A stretch of DNA of 64,000 bases from an uncultured Holophagales bacterium (GTDB taxonomy: Bacteria > Acidobacteriota > Thermoanaerobaculia > Multivoradales > UBA5704): assembly GCA_963842525.1 (NCBI GenBank), contig CAWJGT010000009.1, forward strand, positions 1,600,001-1,664,000, read 5' to 3'. This document shows positions 40,987-51,470 of this stretch, piece after piece. Below the pieces are notes generated by a model. It did not search any database. It was not told the DNA's origin and worked only from the letters and a program-made list of their open reading frames with translations. Numbering within the stretch: the first letter of the stretch is position 1; each line of letters opens with the position of its first letter. The position numbers and the translations under genes are program-made.

Positions 40987-43109
40987 TCAGCGCGGCTCCC
41001 GGAGGGCTCCGGCGGCGAGCGCGCGGGTCAGGGCGGGGAGGCAGAGGAGGGCGTGCTGCGCCAGTGTGCGGCCGGCCTCGTCCAGCGCGTCGGCAGGCCA
41101 GAGGGTGTAGCGATGGCGGGGCGAGCCGCCGGTACCCTGGTCCCGGGGATGAATGAGAGCGAGAGCCTCCCGCGCCGCCGGATCGCCCTGGCGGTCGAGG
41201 AGGTGGGCGAGCTGGACGGCGAGCTGCGGCTGCTCCGGAAAGCGGGTCAGCCCGTCCCTCGCAAGCTCCAGGGCCTCTTCCGTCCGCCCTTCGCGCAGGC
41301 TGAGCCGGACGAGCTCCTGGCCGGCCACCTCCTCGATCCAGGAAGGGTTGGGAGAGGCGAGGAGACGGAGCAGCCCTTCGCGGGCCTCGACCGTGCGGCC
41401 GGTCCGGGCGAGGTTGACCGCGAGCCGCAGCCGGGCCTCGTCGCTCTCGGGGCGGATCTCCAGGAGCCGCGCCAGCAGAGCCGCCGCCTGCGCGTACTCG
41501 CCGCTCTTTTCGAAATGGGCCGCGAGGATCAGGCGGGCCGCCTCGCTGCGCGGGTCGAGAGTCAAGGCCCGGTCCAGCAGATCGCGGCTGGCGGTCTCGA
41601 CGCCACCGGCCAGGAGGTCGGCCGCCAAACGGACCAGCAGCCGGGCCGCGAGCGAGCCGGCGAGGTCGGTCCCGGCGCTCTTCGCGTACCTCTCGGCCAG
41701 ACCCGCCGCGGTGCGCAGGGAGCTCTCGGCCAGCAGATACTGCCGGCGGTCCCGCAGCACGCGGTAGAGCTCGGCATGAAAGAGGGCGAGAGGCAACAGG
41801 CTCTCGGGCTCGCCGCGGCCGAGGCGTTCGGCCGCCCGGGTCTCGGCCTCGCGCACGTCCGCGACCGCTCCCAGGGAATCCGCCGCACCCTGCCCGACCG
41901 CCGCGGTCTCGACGTCCGCCAGGCGCGCCGCGGTCTCTCCGAGCGGTGCCCCGGAGGCAAGCTTCTGTAAGGTCTCGCGATAGCCGTCGAGCGCCCGTGC
42001 AGCGATCTGCGCGTTGCGCCGGCGGCCGGCCAACGGCGGCGCCGGCACGGGCTGCGGGGCCGTTTCCGGAAGGTTCATGCGGCGCAGCTCGCTCCAGGCG
42101 ATCTCGCGGCCGGCCGGGCTCTCCGCCAGGACGGCGGCGGTCAGCTCGGCGCTCTCCAGGCCGTCGGCCGTGGCGGCGATCCGCCAGGTCCCTGTCGCGA
42201 GCGGCGGCAGCTCGAAGAAGCAGACCAGGCGCTCCAGGCCGCTGCCCGGCAGGACCGAGTGCTCCTCGACCTTCACCGGGACCGTCACGGGCGCGCCACC
42301 CTTCTCGTCGCGGAAGCGCAGCGCGAAGCCCTCTCCCGGCATGCCGCGCCCCAGGAGCACGGTGCGGAGCGGCCGGCCGCCGGCCAGCACGGGAAGGGCC
42401 GCAGGCAGGCTCCGCTCCGCGCCGGCGAGAGGAGCGAAGAGCGGCTCGAGGGCTGGATCGAGAGGAACGCTGCCCGGCCGCGCCAGGATCCAGAGGTCGC
42501 GCGGCTCCGGGAAGAGGGGGGCAGGAGGACAGGCCGGCTGTCGCCTGTCGCCGGCTGGGTCACCGGCAGGACCCGCAGGCTGTAGCGCAGGGTGTCCGGA
42601 TCGAGGACCAGGATGCGGACGGACCCTTCGCCGGGCGGCAGGTCGACCGTGCCGGCGAATTTGATGCCGCCCGCGAGGAGCGCTTCGCCCCAGGCCTTCA
42701 GGTCGAGGCGCAGGCTCTGCGCCAGGAAGCCGTGCACACCTCCGGACGGGCCGACGGCATAGGCGTAGATCTCGATCCGCCGGACGTCGGCCGGGCCGGC
42801 AGCGAGGAGGCCGGCGCCCTCGATCTCGACGAGGAACGGCACGGGGCCCGGTTGGCGGGCGCTCCCTGTGCCGGTCGGGAGCGCCACCGCGGCCATCGGA
42901 AGGCTGCCTCCCTCACTGCCGGTGGTCAGCAGCGCGGCCACGGGACCCTGGAGGCCGCGCAGCGAGTGGGTCTCCACGGCGAAGGGCTGGGGTTGCTGGG
43001 CTGTGGCTGCGCTTGCGAAAAGGACACCAAGAACAGCAAGGACACCAAGGACTCCAAGGACTCCAGCGCGTGTCTTTGTCGTCCTTGGTGTCCTTGTTGT
43101 CCTTTTCAT
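40987..43109 (-). CDS. Secreted protein with C-terminal TPR repeats, frameshift near 42518
   Basis: ATG at 43109 overlaps the upstream stop; signal peptide ending ASAATA-QQ. Joins ORF 40987..42390 if the G6 run at 42516-42521 is G7. TPR-like LDRALTLDPRS and LLEIRPES. Confidence 0.78.
43019..43106. repeat. Inverted array of 9-bp AAGGACNNC units
   Basis: Five units (aaggacacc, aagaacagc, aaggacacc, aaggactcc, aaggactcc) face about four reversed gtcctt units. Confidence 0.8.
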
Positions 43110-44782
43110 TGCCTCTGCCCCTTGTTCACGGCGGGGCCGAGGGGAATAGCCAGCGCGGAGTCGACGGCGCCCACCTCGTCGCGGACCGCCACGGCGATCC
43201 GCTGCTCGCCGCCGCGCAGGCGCAGCGAGGTGTCGAAGGTGCCGATCTGCGCCATGGACTCGACGATCTGGGCGTTGGGGATGTGGATGGGGATGGCGAG
43301 CTTCGGTGCCGCGGCGAGCATCCCGCCGGCGTCCTGGAGCAGGAGGAGGATCGAGAGCTGCCCCTGGTGGACGTCGCCGCGGGGGAGGAGGGCGAGCCGG
43401 GCGAGCGGGATCTTCACCCGGACCGGGATTGTGGAGCCCTTCCCCTTCTCGCCTTTCGCGCGTGCGCCGAGCTCGAGCTGGACGTCCAGCGGGTTCGCGG
43501 CCATGCCGAGCAGCAGGGCGGAACCGGCGCGGTCGCGCAGGCGCTGGTCCGGCGTCTCGTCTCGGTATCTCGTGGCGTGCCGCACCCGGACCCCGGGACG
43601 CCGCACCCGGACCTCCAGGTTGTGCTGGGCTCCGTCGCCCCCATGCGGCGATTCGAACGCCAGCCGGTAGGAGAGCTTGAGGTCCGCCCCGATCCGCTCG
43701 GCGAGCCGGCCGAGCCCCTCGGGGAGCGGCGAAAAGGCCCCGCCGGTCTCCTCCGCGATCCGTTGCAGCGATTCTTCGACCGTCGTCCTGGACACCAGGG
43801 CGGAGGTGCCGCGGGACCGGCGCTCGCCGGACGGAACAAGGGCCTCGCCGCCCGACGGGTCGAGCGTGTAGAAGGCGACCCGGTCGGCCCCTGCGTCCGC
43901 GATGAGGTCCTGCAGCTCCCGGTCGGTCCGGTAGGCCGGCATATCGAGCGCGACCGATCCCCCTCCCGTGGCCGCCGAGACCGCGCGGTACCGGTCGATC
44001 CACGCCTGGAACAGGGGCTCGCCCGGGTTGAGGTCGATCCCGCCGCTCACCAGGAGGATGGCCTTGTGTCCCGGCAGCTCCGCGAGGGCACCCGTCAGCT
44101 CTCCCAGGGACGCGAGGGTGCGCAGGCTCCGCGTCTTCTCCTGTCCCGCTAGCTGGCGGACGGCGGCGAGCGTGGAGGCTCCTGCGCTCTCCGCGGCCAG
44201 CCGGGTGTCTTCCGCTTCGCCGCGCCCCGGGCCGGCGGCCTTCTCGGCAGGAGCCTCGCCGAACCGGATCTCCGCCAGGAGCGCCCGCTGCGCCGACATC
44301 TCCGAGCCCACGCCGGACGGTGTCTTCTCCAGGCGTTCGAGCGCGCTCGCCACCTGCGCCCGGTCCGAGGTGAGCTCCTGCTCGATCCGGATCTCCCGGT
44401 TCTGCCGCGCTACCAGGATCCGGTCGGCGGCCGAGGTCAGGGTCGGGAGCTGGCGCCGCAGCTCGGCGAAGATCGCGGTCCGGTGGGTCGGCGCCAGCCG
44501 CGTCTCGTCCACGATCAGGACGAGGTGGGTCGGCGCCGGCGCGGCGAGGCGCGGGCCCGGGACAGGCTCGCCGTCGTCATACACCTCGAAGTCCTCGGCC
44601 GTGAGACCGGGGAGCGGGCTGCCGTCCTCGCCGGTGGCCACGACGTCGAGGACCACTACGTTGGGCTCTGGAGGCGGCAGGAGACCCGCGACACTCTCGC
44701 TCTCCGGCGCTTGAGCCGGAGCCTGGAGCGCGGTCAGCGACAGCGCCAGGACCGCCGCCGGGAGATGCCATGTCCGCACCAT
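43106..44782 (-). CDS. Secreted VWA-domain protein (VWFA-related acidobacterial)
   Basis: Signal peptide; VVLDVVAT...GLTAEDFEVYDDG, LPGHKAILLVSGG, IAEETGG and SYRLAF. Confidence 0.88.
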   Translation of the reverse strand: MVRTWHLPAAVLALSLTALQAPAQAPESESVAGLLPPPEPNVVVLDVVATGEDGSPLPGLTAEDFEVYDDGEPVPGPRLAAPAPTHLVLIVDETRLAPTHRTAIFAELRRQLPTLTSAADRILVARQNREIRIEQELTSDRAQVASALERLEKTPSGVGSEMSAQRALLAEIRFGEAPAEKAAGPGRGEAEDTRLAAESAGASTLAAVRQLAGQEKTRSLRTLASLGELTGALAELPGHKAILLVSGGIDLNPGEPLFQAWIDRYRAVSAATGGGSVALDMPAYRTDRELQDLIADAGADRVAFYTLDPSGGEALVPSGERRSRGTSALVSRTTVEESLQRIAEETGGAFSPLPEGLGRLAERIGADLKLSYRLAFESPHGGDGAQHNLEVRVRRPGVRVRHATRYRDETPDQRLRDRAGSALLLGMAANPLDVQLELGARAKGEKGKGSTIPVRVKIPLARLALLPRGDVHQGQLSILLLLQDAGGMLAAAPKLAIPIHIPNAQIVESMAQIGTFDTSLRLRGGEQRIAVAVRDEVGAVDSALAIPLGPAVNKGQRQ

Positions 44783-45060
44783 TGTGCGGAAGAGTATAGG
44801 GCCTACGGCAGGAAGCCGTGGCCCCTCTGTTCCGTCTCCTGCGCATCCCCCTATGACGCCGTACCGCCCGCGACGGGCGGCGGCTTGATTGGCCCCGAGG
44901 GGCAAGGAGACGAGCAATGCGTGCGAAGAAGGAGATCTTTCACCGGATCGGCCGCGTGATTTGCGGGCTGCGGATGCCCTCTCCAATGCAAAACGCTCGG
45001 AAGAGCCGCTTCCCCTCACAGAGAGGTCGCCTTTTCTGTGTCCCACCGTAGAATCCCGCC

Positions 45061-45651
45061 ATGCTTCTTCGCCTTGCCGAGCCCGCCGACGCGGCCGGGA
45101 TGCTCGCCATCTACGCTCCGATTGTCCGCGACACGCCGATCTCGTTCGAGCTGGAGCCGCCGTCCAAGGAAGAGCTTCGACGGCGGATCTCTGTCACCCT
45201 TGAACGCAGGCCCTGGCTCGTCTGCGAGATCGGTGGGGGAGTGGCGGGATACGCCTATGGAGCCGCGTACCGTGACCGCGCCGCCTACCAGTGGTCGGTG
45301 GAGACGAGCGTGTATGTCCATCCGGACCACCGCCGCCGCGGCGTGGCCGGCGCGCTGTATGCGGCGCTCCTCGCCGCGCTGTCCGCCCAGGGCTATCGCA
45401 CGGCGCTGGCGGGGATCACCCTCCCGAACCCGGCGAGCGTCGGTTTTCACGAGTCGTTCGGATTCTCATGGATCGGCGTCTACCGGTCGGTGGGCTTCAA
45501 GCTCGGAGCCTGGCACGACGTGGGCTGGCTGCAGCGTCCGCTGCGGGAAGACCGGAGCGCGCCCGTGGGTCCGCCCTGCCTGCTGGAGGAGCTGTTGGAG
45601 AAGCCCGCCTGGCAGGAGGCGCTCTTGGCCGGCCGCTCCCGGCTCTGGTAA
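45061..45651 (+). CDS. GNAT N-acetyltransferase (phosphinothricin acetyltransferase/YncA-like)
   Basis: ISFELEPP, ETSVYVHPDHRRRGVA, LPNPASVGFHESFGF and GFKLGAWHDVGW. Confidence 0.93.
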   Translation: MLLRLAEPADAAGMLAIYAPIVRDTPISFELEPPSKEELRRRISVTLERRPWLVCEIGGGVAGYAYGAAYRDRAAYQWSVETSVYVHPDHRRRGVAGALYAALLAALSAQGYRTALAGITLPNPASVGFHESFGFSWIGVYRSVGFKLGAWHDVGWLQRPLREDRSAPVGPPCLLEELLEKPAWQEALLAGRSRLW

Positions 45652-45677
45652 GAGGGCGGAGACTCTGTGACACGTGC

Positions 45678-46030
45678 CAATGAAGCTCCGGCTAAAGCCT
45701 CTGGCGCTCCGGTCGTGGCGGAGAGCCAAAGGCAGTGACGGAGAGCCAAAGTCACGACCTGTGGCTCTGCGGCAGTGACGGAGCCCCAAAGGCACGGTTC
45801 AGTGAAGCTCCGGCTAAAGCCTCTGGCCCTCCGGTCGTGACCGAGAGACAAAGGTCGTGACGGAGAGCCAAAGTCACGACCTTTGGCTCTGTGGCAGTGA
45901 CGGAGCCGCAAAGGCACGGTTCAATGAAGCTGCGGCTAAAACCTCAGGCGCTCCGGTCGTGACGGAGAGCCAAAGGCAGTGACGGAGAGCCAAAGACACG
46001 TACCGTTGGCTCTGCGGCCATGACGGGGCC
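45678..46030. repeat. Intergenic tandem repeat, about 3 x 122 bp, built from 20-bp subunits
   Basis: TGAAGCT(C/G)CGGCTAAA recurs at 45681, 45803 and 45925; subunit GTGACGGAGAGCCAAAGGCA occurs in both orientations. Confidence 0.9.
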
Positions 46031-46134
46031 ACCGAGGCGGTGACGCAGAGACAGCGCCATATGTCTTTGCAGGCAATCCTCAGGTCTGATTGTTGCGTAG
46101 AATGTCGGCAACGCGCTGTTCACCCTGACCGGAT

Positions 46135-46647
46135 ATGGAAATCACCCGCATCGACCCCTTTCTGGACTATTTCGAGCGTGTACACGAGAGGACGCGCCGC
46201 GTCATCCTCTGCATTCCGCCCGAGAGCCTGGAGTGGTCGCACCGGCCGGGGGCCTTCACGCTCGGCGACCTCGTCCGCCACCTGGGAGCGATCGAGCGCC
46301 ACATGTTCGCCGAGAACGCGCAGGGCAGGACCAGCCGCTATCCCGGCCATGGGCCGGAGCTCGCCGAGGGCTGGGACGAGGTGGTCTCGTTCTTCGACCG
46401 GATGCATCGCGAGTCGATGGAAATCTTCCGGGGTCTGACCGCGGACGACCTCGCCCGCCGCTGCGAGACCCCCGGCGGCACTCAGCTCGCGGTCTGGAAA
46501 TGGTTGCGCTCCATGGTGGAGCACGAGATCCACCACCGCGGCCAGATCTACCTCATGCTGGGCATCCTGGGAGTCCCGACGCCTCCGCTCTATGGCCTCA
46601 CCTCCGAAGAGGTCAGGGAGCGGTCGGTTCCGCCGGATTCGCGATAA
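46135..46647 (+). CDS. DinB-family protein
   Basis: FTLGDLVRHL and MVEHEIHHRGQIY motifs. Confidence 0.9.
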   Translation: MEITRIDPFLDYFERVHERTRRVILCIPPESLEWSHRPGAFTLGDLVRHLGAIERHMFAENAQGRTSRYPGHGPELAEGWDEVVSFFDRMHRESMEIFRGLTADDLARRCETPGGTQLAVWKWLRSMVEHEIHHRGQIYLMLGILGVPTPPLYGLTSEEVRERSVPPDSR

Positions 46648-46664
46648 GATCTAGTGCACCCGTC

Positions 46665-48431
46665 ATGGACCAGCTTGCGACCTCTTCGACGCTGCCGGGC
46701 GCGCCTTCCGACGCGACCCTGGCTCTCCTGGCCGCGATCCAGGAGCTTCAGGCTGCTCCGGACCTGCGGACCGGCCTCGCCGGGATCGCCGAGCATCTGC
46801 GCGGCGGTCTGCGGTTTGACAATCTGAGCGTCCTGCTGCTCGACGAGCTGGGCCGGGAGCTGCACTTCGAGCTTGCCGTGGGACTGCCGCAGGAGGTCGC
46901 GGACCACTGGCGCTTCGGCTTGGGGCAGGGGATCGTGGGTACCGTGGCCCGCGAGGGCCGGCCGCTGCGTGTGGGCGACGTCCTGGAGGATCCCCGCTAC
47001 ATCCGGGCGACCGACGGCGTCCGCTCCGAGATGGCGGTCCCTCTCGTGGTCCGCGGGCGCACCATCGGCGTGCTGGACGCCGGCAGCTCCCACCCCCACT
47101 GCTTCACCGAAGAGCAAGAGCGGCTGATGACGTTTGTCGCCGGGTTCCTGGCCAGCGCCATCGAGAACGCCCAGATCCATCGCAACCTCCTCGACCAGGC
47201 TCAAACGCTGTCGGTCCTCCACGAGGTCGGCCGCGAGCTCAACGCCATCCTCGACCGCCGCCGGCTCCTCGAAAAGGTCGCCGAGCTGCTCCAGCGGCTG
47301 ATCGACTACGACCTTTTCAGCGTCATGCTGTGGAACGAGGACCGCCGGCTCCTCGAGCCCTCGATGTCCTACCTGCGCGACGGCCGGGAGCTGGCGGGGA
47401 TCTTGAGCATCCCCCTCGGCAAGGGGCTCACCGGCACAGCCGCGGCCCTGCGCCAGCCGATCCGGGTGCCGAACGTCCATCTCGACCCGCGCTACGCCCG
47501 CTGCAGCACCGGCCTCGAGGTGAATTCCGAGCTGGTCGTCCCCCTGATCCTCAAGGACCGCCTGCTGGGCGTCCTCGACCTCGAGAGCTCGCGTTACGAC
47601 GCCTTCAGCGCCCGCCACGAGCAGCTCCTCTCGACGCTCGCCTCCACCCTGGCCATTGCTTTGGAGAACGCCCGTCTCTACGAGCGTCTGCGCGAGGACG
47701 ACCAGACGATCCGCAGCGACCTCGCCACGGCGCGCGAGATCCAGGCGCAGCTCATGCCCAAGGCCTCGCCGTGGATCCCCGGCCTCCAGGTCGGCTTCGC
47801 CTACGAGCCGGCACGCGACCTGGGGGGCGACTTCTACGACTTCCTGACCTATGGCGAGGGCCGGCTGGCCGTGGCAGTCGGGGACGTGGCCGGCAAGTCC
47901 ACGGCCGCCGCCCTCTACGGCTCTTTCGCCGTGGGCACCCTGCGCGAATATGCGACCCAGGGCGTCTACCGGCCGGCGCAGGTGTTGGCGGACATGAGCT
48001 GCAAGCTCAAGGAGCTGCGGATCGATCACCGCTTCGTGGCCATGACCTTCGCCGTCTGGGACGGCGCCGCCCGCACGCTGACCATCGCCAATTCGGGCCT
48101 TCCGCATCCCTATCATCTCGTCGCAGGCGAGGTGCGCGAGATCGCCGTCCACGGTGTGCCCCTCGGCGTCCTGGCGTGCCACACCTATGACGAGGTCACG
48201 CTCACCCTGCAGCCGGGCGAGGCCGTCGTCTTCTGCTCGGACGGCATCGAAGAGTGCCGCAACGGACAATCCGAGGAGCTGGGGAGCGAGCGCGTCCGCG
48301 AGGTCCTGCGCAGCCTCGCCGGCGCCACCGCCTCCGAGATCGCCCAGGGGCTCCTCGACACCACCCGGCGTCACTCCGGACCTGCCGAGATCTACGACGA
48401 CCGGACGATCGTGGTGCTCAAGGCGAGTTGA
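46665..48431 (+). CDS. GAF-GAF-SpoIIE (PP2C) phosphatase, RsbU-like
   Basis: Two GAF repeats (GQGIVG...SEMAVPL; GKGLTG...SELVVPL); GGDFYD, GDVAGK, CSDGIEE and DDRTIV. Confidence 0.93.
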   Translation: MDQLATSSTLPGAPSDATLALLAAIQELQAAPDLRTGLAGIAEHLRGGLRFDNLSVLLLDELGRELHFELAVGLPQEVADHWRFGLGQGIVGTVAREGRPLRVGDVLEDPRYIRATDGVRSEMAVPLVVRGRTIGVLDAGSSHPHCFTEEQERLMTFVAGFLASAIENAQIHRNLLDQAQTLSVLHEVGRELNAILDRRRLLEKVAELLQRLIDYDLFSVMLWNEDRRLLEPSMSYLRDGRELAGILSIPLGKGLTGTAAALRQPIRVPNVHLDPRYARCSTGLEVNSELVVPLILKDRLLGVLDLESSRYDAFSARHEQLLSTLASTLAIALENARLYERLREDDQTIRSDLATAREIQAQLMPKASPWIPGLQVGFAYEPARDLGGDFYDFLTYGEGRLAVAVGDVAGKSTAAALYGSFAVGTLREYATQGVYRPAQVLADMSCKLKELRIDHRFVAMTFAVWDGAARTLTIANSGLPHPYHLVAGEVREIAVHGVPLGVLACHTYDEVTLTLQPGEAVVFCSDGIEECRNGQSEELGSERVREVLRSLAGATASEIAQGLLDTTRRHSGPAEIYDDRTIVVLKAS

Positions 48432-48434
48432 GGC

Positions 48435-49579
48435 ATGGATAAGATTTTCTTCGAAAACATCCGCTGCTTCGCATCCAGGCAGGAAGCCCGTCTGGCTCCG
48501 CTGACGGTGCTAGTGGGGGAGAACAGCTCGGGGAAGTCCACGTTCCTTGCGCTGGTGCGGCTTGCATGGGACGTGGCGATGCTGCAGCCGCTCGACTTCA
48601 ACGAGGAGCCGTTTCTTCTTGGCTCTTTCGATCAGATTGCAAATGTGTCTCGCCAGAGAGAAGAAAAAAAGTTCCTGCTCGGTCTTGATGTGGTGCTCCT
48701 GTCGGGCCCGAACGTGACCGTCAGCGGAACGTTCGAGCCTCAGGCCGGACTTCCCTCGCTCTTCCAATGGAGCCTGGAAATCCCGCCATTCCGCTTGGAT
48801 CTAGGTGGTGCCGGAAAGGCTCAGCCTTCTCCAGCAGACGTTTCAACCGGATCAAGGGAGAGGATCGTGACGCTTTCTTTGCTGCTCTGGACCTCTTGGG
48901 GCCGCGCCGGCCTTATGCTTTTGCTCCGATCCGAACCCGACCTCAGCGAACCTATGATCCGATCCGGAGCACCGCAGATCCCGAGGGCTCTCATGTGCCG
49001 ATGTTGCTGGCCACCGTGCCTCTCCGGGAGCCCGAAAAATCAGAGTCCCTCTTCTCGGCTCTGACCGCCTTTGGCCGCCACTCGGGCCTTTTCGAGCAGA
49101 TCAACGTCCGCCGGCTGGGAGAAGCCATAGGCGATCCTTTTCAAGTCCAGGTCCAGCTTGGCGGCAATCCGGTCAACCTCATCGATGTCGGCTATGGTGT
49201 GAGCCAGATCCTTCCGATTGTCGTGGAGTGCCTGCGCGGCGAACCGGGTAGGACGTTTCTCCTCCAACAGCCGGAGGTCCACCTGCACCCGCGAGCGCAG
49301 GCGGAACTGGGGTCCTTCCTGGGCGTCCTCGCCAAAGAGCAGGAGAAGCGGTTCGTCATCGAGACGCACAGCGATTACCTGGTAGACCGCATCCGGATGG
49401 ATATCCGCGACCGGAAGGGGATCACCCCCGAAGACGTCTCCCTACTGTACTTCGAGCGTCGCAACGGCGAGGCGCAGATCCATGCCTTGACCCTCGACGA
49501 GCAGGGAAACATCCTCGACCCTCCTCCCGGGTATCGGAGCTTCTTCCTCCAGGAAGAGAGAAGGTTCCTGGGAGGCTGA
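48435..49579 (+). CDS. ABC/AAA_21-type ATPase (DUF3696-associated), frameshifted near 48820
   Basis: VGENSSGKS in ORF 48435..49064; DVGYGVSQILP, QQPEVHLHP and IETHSDY in ORF 48767..49579. Confidence 0.8.
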
Positions 49580-49682
49580 CGCGTCGTCCACGACCTGCGG
49601 CCGTCTCCGCCGGCGCCGCAAGGAATGACCGACGGTGCTGCCTGGCGCGGGCTCACGCTTGCCGCAACCCAAGCCTTCCAGG

Positions 49683-49929
49683 CCGGCCCAACGGGCCGAG
49701 AGACTCCAGCCCAGGGCTGCGGCCGAAGGCCAATGCCCTGGGTCAACAGGTCCCACGTTCAGGCGGCCTGAAAGGGCCGCGAGACCTCTTGGCTGAACCG
49801 GGAGCTGAGCCGACTCCGGCAGAAAACTCTCGCGGGCCTTTCAGGCCGCGGGGTTTGATCACCTCTCTGCCCAGGGCATCGGCCTTCGGCCTCAACCCTG
49901 GGCTCCGTTCTCCCGGCCCGTTGGGCCGG
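49683..49929. repeat. 247-bp intergenic inverted repeat (REP doublet-like)
   Basis: Perfect 16-bp ends CCGGCCCAACGGGCCG/CGGCCCGTTGGGCCGG; internal CCCAGGGC...CCCTGGG hairpins and GCGGCCTGAAAGG/CCTTTCAGGCCGC; lies between convergent genes. Confidence 0.85.
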
Positions 49930-49975
49930 GTGGAGACGAAATCTGAACGCCGTACGGACTCTCGGATGTGGTAGA

Positions 49976-51362
49976 TCAGGGCCTCGGATGGGCCGTGTGG
50001 AGAGCAACCAACGCAGCGATCGCAAGGAGCGCCACAAGAGCGAGCAGGCCGAGGTCCGAAAGCGACGGAACCTGAATGACACCGGCGGCGGTGCAGAGCT
50101 GAGGTGAGGTCAGGAAGGGGATGAAGACGACGCGGTCGTCCACGACGTCCCCCGTGCCTCCCGGGTTGGCAGGATTCGTCGGCCCGGTCGGGCTGCCCCA
50201 CCAGTTGAGCGTCGCATCGGCGTCACTTCCCTCGTAGTAGGAGCGGGTGAAGAGAGCGGCTCCCGTGGGGGGCACGTTGGTGTTGCCTTCGAAGGCGTTG
50301 CCGCGGATCACCCCTGTGTCGTTGTCGATCACCAGGCCGGTGGCGTTGTTGCGGATCTGGTTGCAGCGGAATTCGTTGCGCAGGTTCTCCTGCGCTCGCG
50401 GGGTGCAGGAGATGTCGCCGATGTTCACGATCCCGAAGTCGGAGTCCGCGGCCAGATTGTTGACCACCTGGTTGTCCCGCGCCGAGACCACGATGATGGC
50501 CGAACCAAGGCCGAGGCTGGGGTCTCCCGTAAATCGCATTCCGGACACGACGTTGTCTTCCACCACGACGCCGCGTGCGCCGCGGGAGACCTGGATTCCA
50601 TTGCGGGCGACCAGGTTGCTTGGCGTCGAGGTGATGACGCTCTCTCGCACGCTCCCGCTCGGCCCGAAGTCGGCGGCGCAGTTGCAGCCGGTGATGAAGA
50701 TGCCGGTCTTCTGGAAATCCGTGATCGAAACCCCGATGATGTCGACCCTGGGGGGTGGATCGACAGCCTGAGGCTCCGTCTGCACCACGATGCCCAGCCC
50801 GGCGACCTGGTTGCCGGAGGCGGGCTCGGTCCGCAGGTGCGTCACGCCTCCGCCACGGATCACGCCGGACGAGCTTCCGGTAGAAGATGCCGATCCAGCG
50901 TGCCGGCTCGGTGGGTGCCATGAGGGCGTCGCTGCCGTCGATCGTGAGGCCGTTCAGCACGATGCCGGTGCTATCCCGCACGAGCACGACGGACCGGCCG
51001 GGCAACCCCGAGCAAGGGCTTCCCTGCTCGACGTCCGGGCTCCCCACGACCGCGAGATCCGGCCGGAGAGTGACGCCGGCGGCGTTGACGGTCAGATCCT
51101 GCCGGCCGATGATCCGGACCCGCTGGTTGTACGAGCCGGGAGCGATCTCGATCGTGTCGCCGGAGACGGCCTGGTCCACGGCGTGCTGGAAGGTGGCGCA
51201 AGGAGCAGCAGGGTTCGAGCAGTTGTTCCCGGCGTCGCTGCCTCCCGCCGCAACATGCCGGGCCACCCCTTCTGCCGGAACGGCGAAGGCCAGGAGCAGA
51301 ACCAGTGGCAACCAGGGCTTGCAACGCCAGGGCACGCGAATCCTCCCGACGAACGGAGCCAT
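49976..51362 (-). CDS. Secreted right-handed beta-helix protein with IPTL-CTERM-like sorting signal, frameshift near 50874
   Basis: PCATFQHAVDQAVSGDTIEIAPGSY, GIxI/NxI beta-helix repeats, DATLNWWGSPTGP and C-terminal VPSLSDLGLLALVALLAIAA. ORFs 50223..51362 and 49976..50863 join by removing one base. Confidence 0.82.
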
Positions 51363-51470
51363 TCTATATCACTAAAGGACTCGGATGGAGCAATTCCGCG
51401 GCGTATTTCGCGAACGCGGGTTACTCCAAAGCATGTTGGCAATAAGGTTATGCGTGCTTCGCCGGCCGGC

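Noticed and set aside
45678-46030. CRISPR array
   Set aside because: The sequences between repeats are themselves repeated, orientation is mixed, and there are no cas genes in the window.
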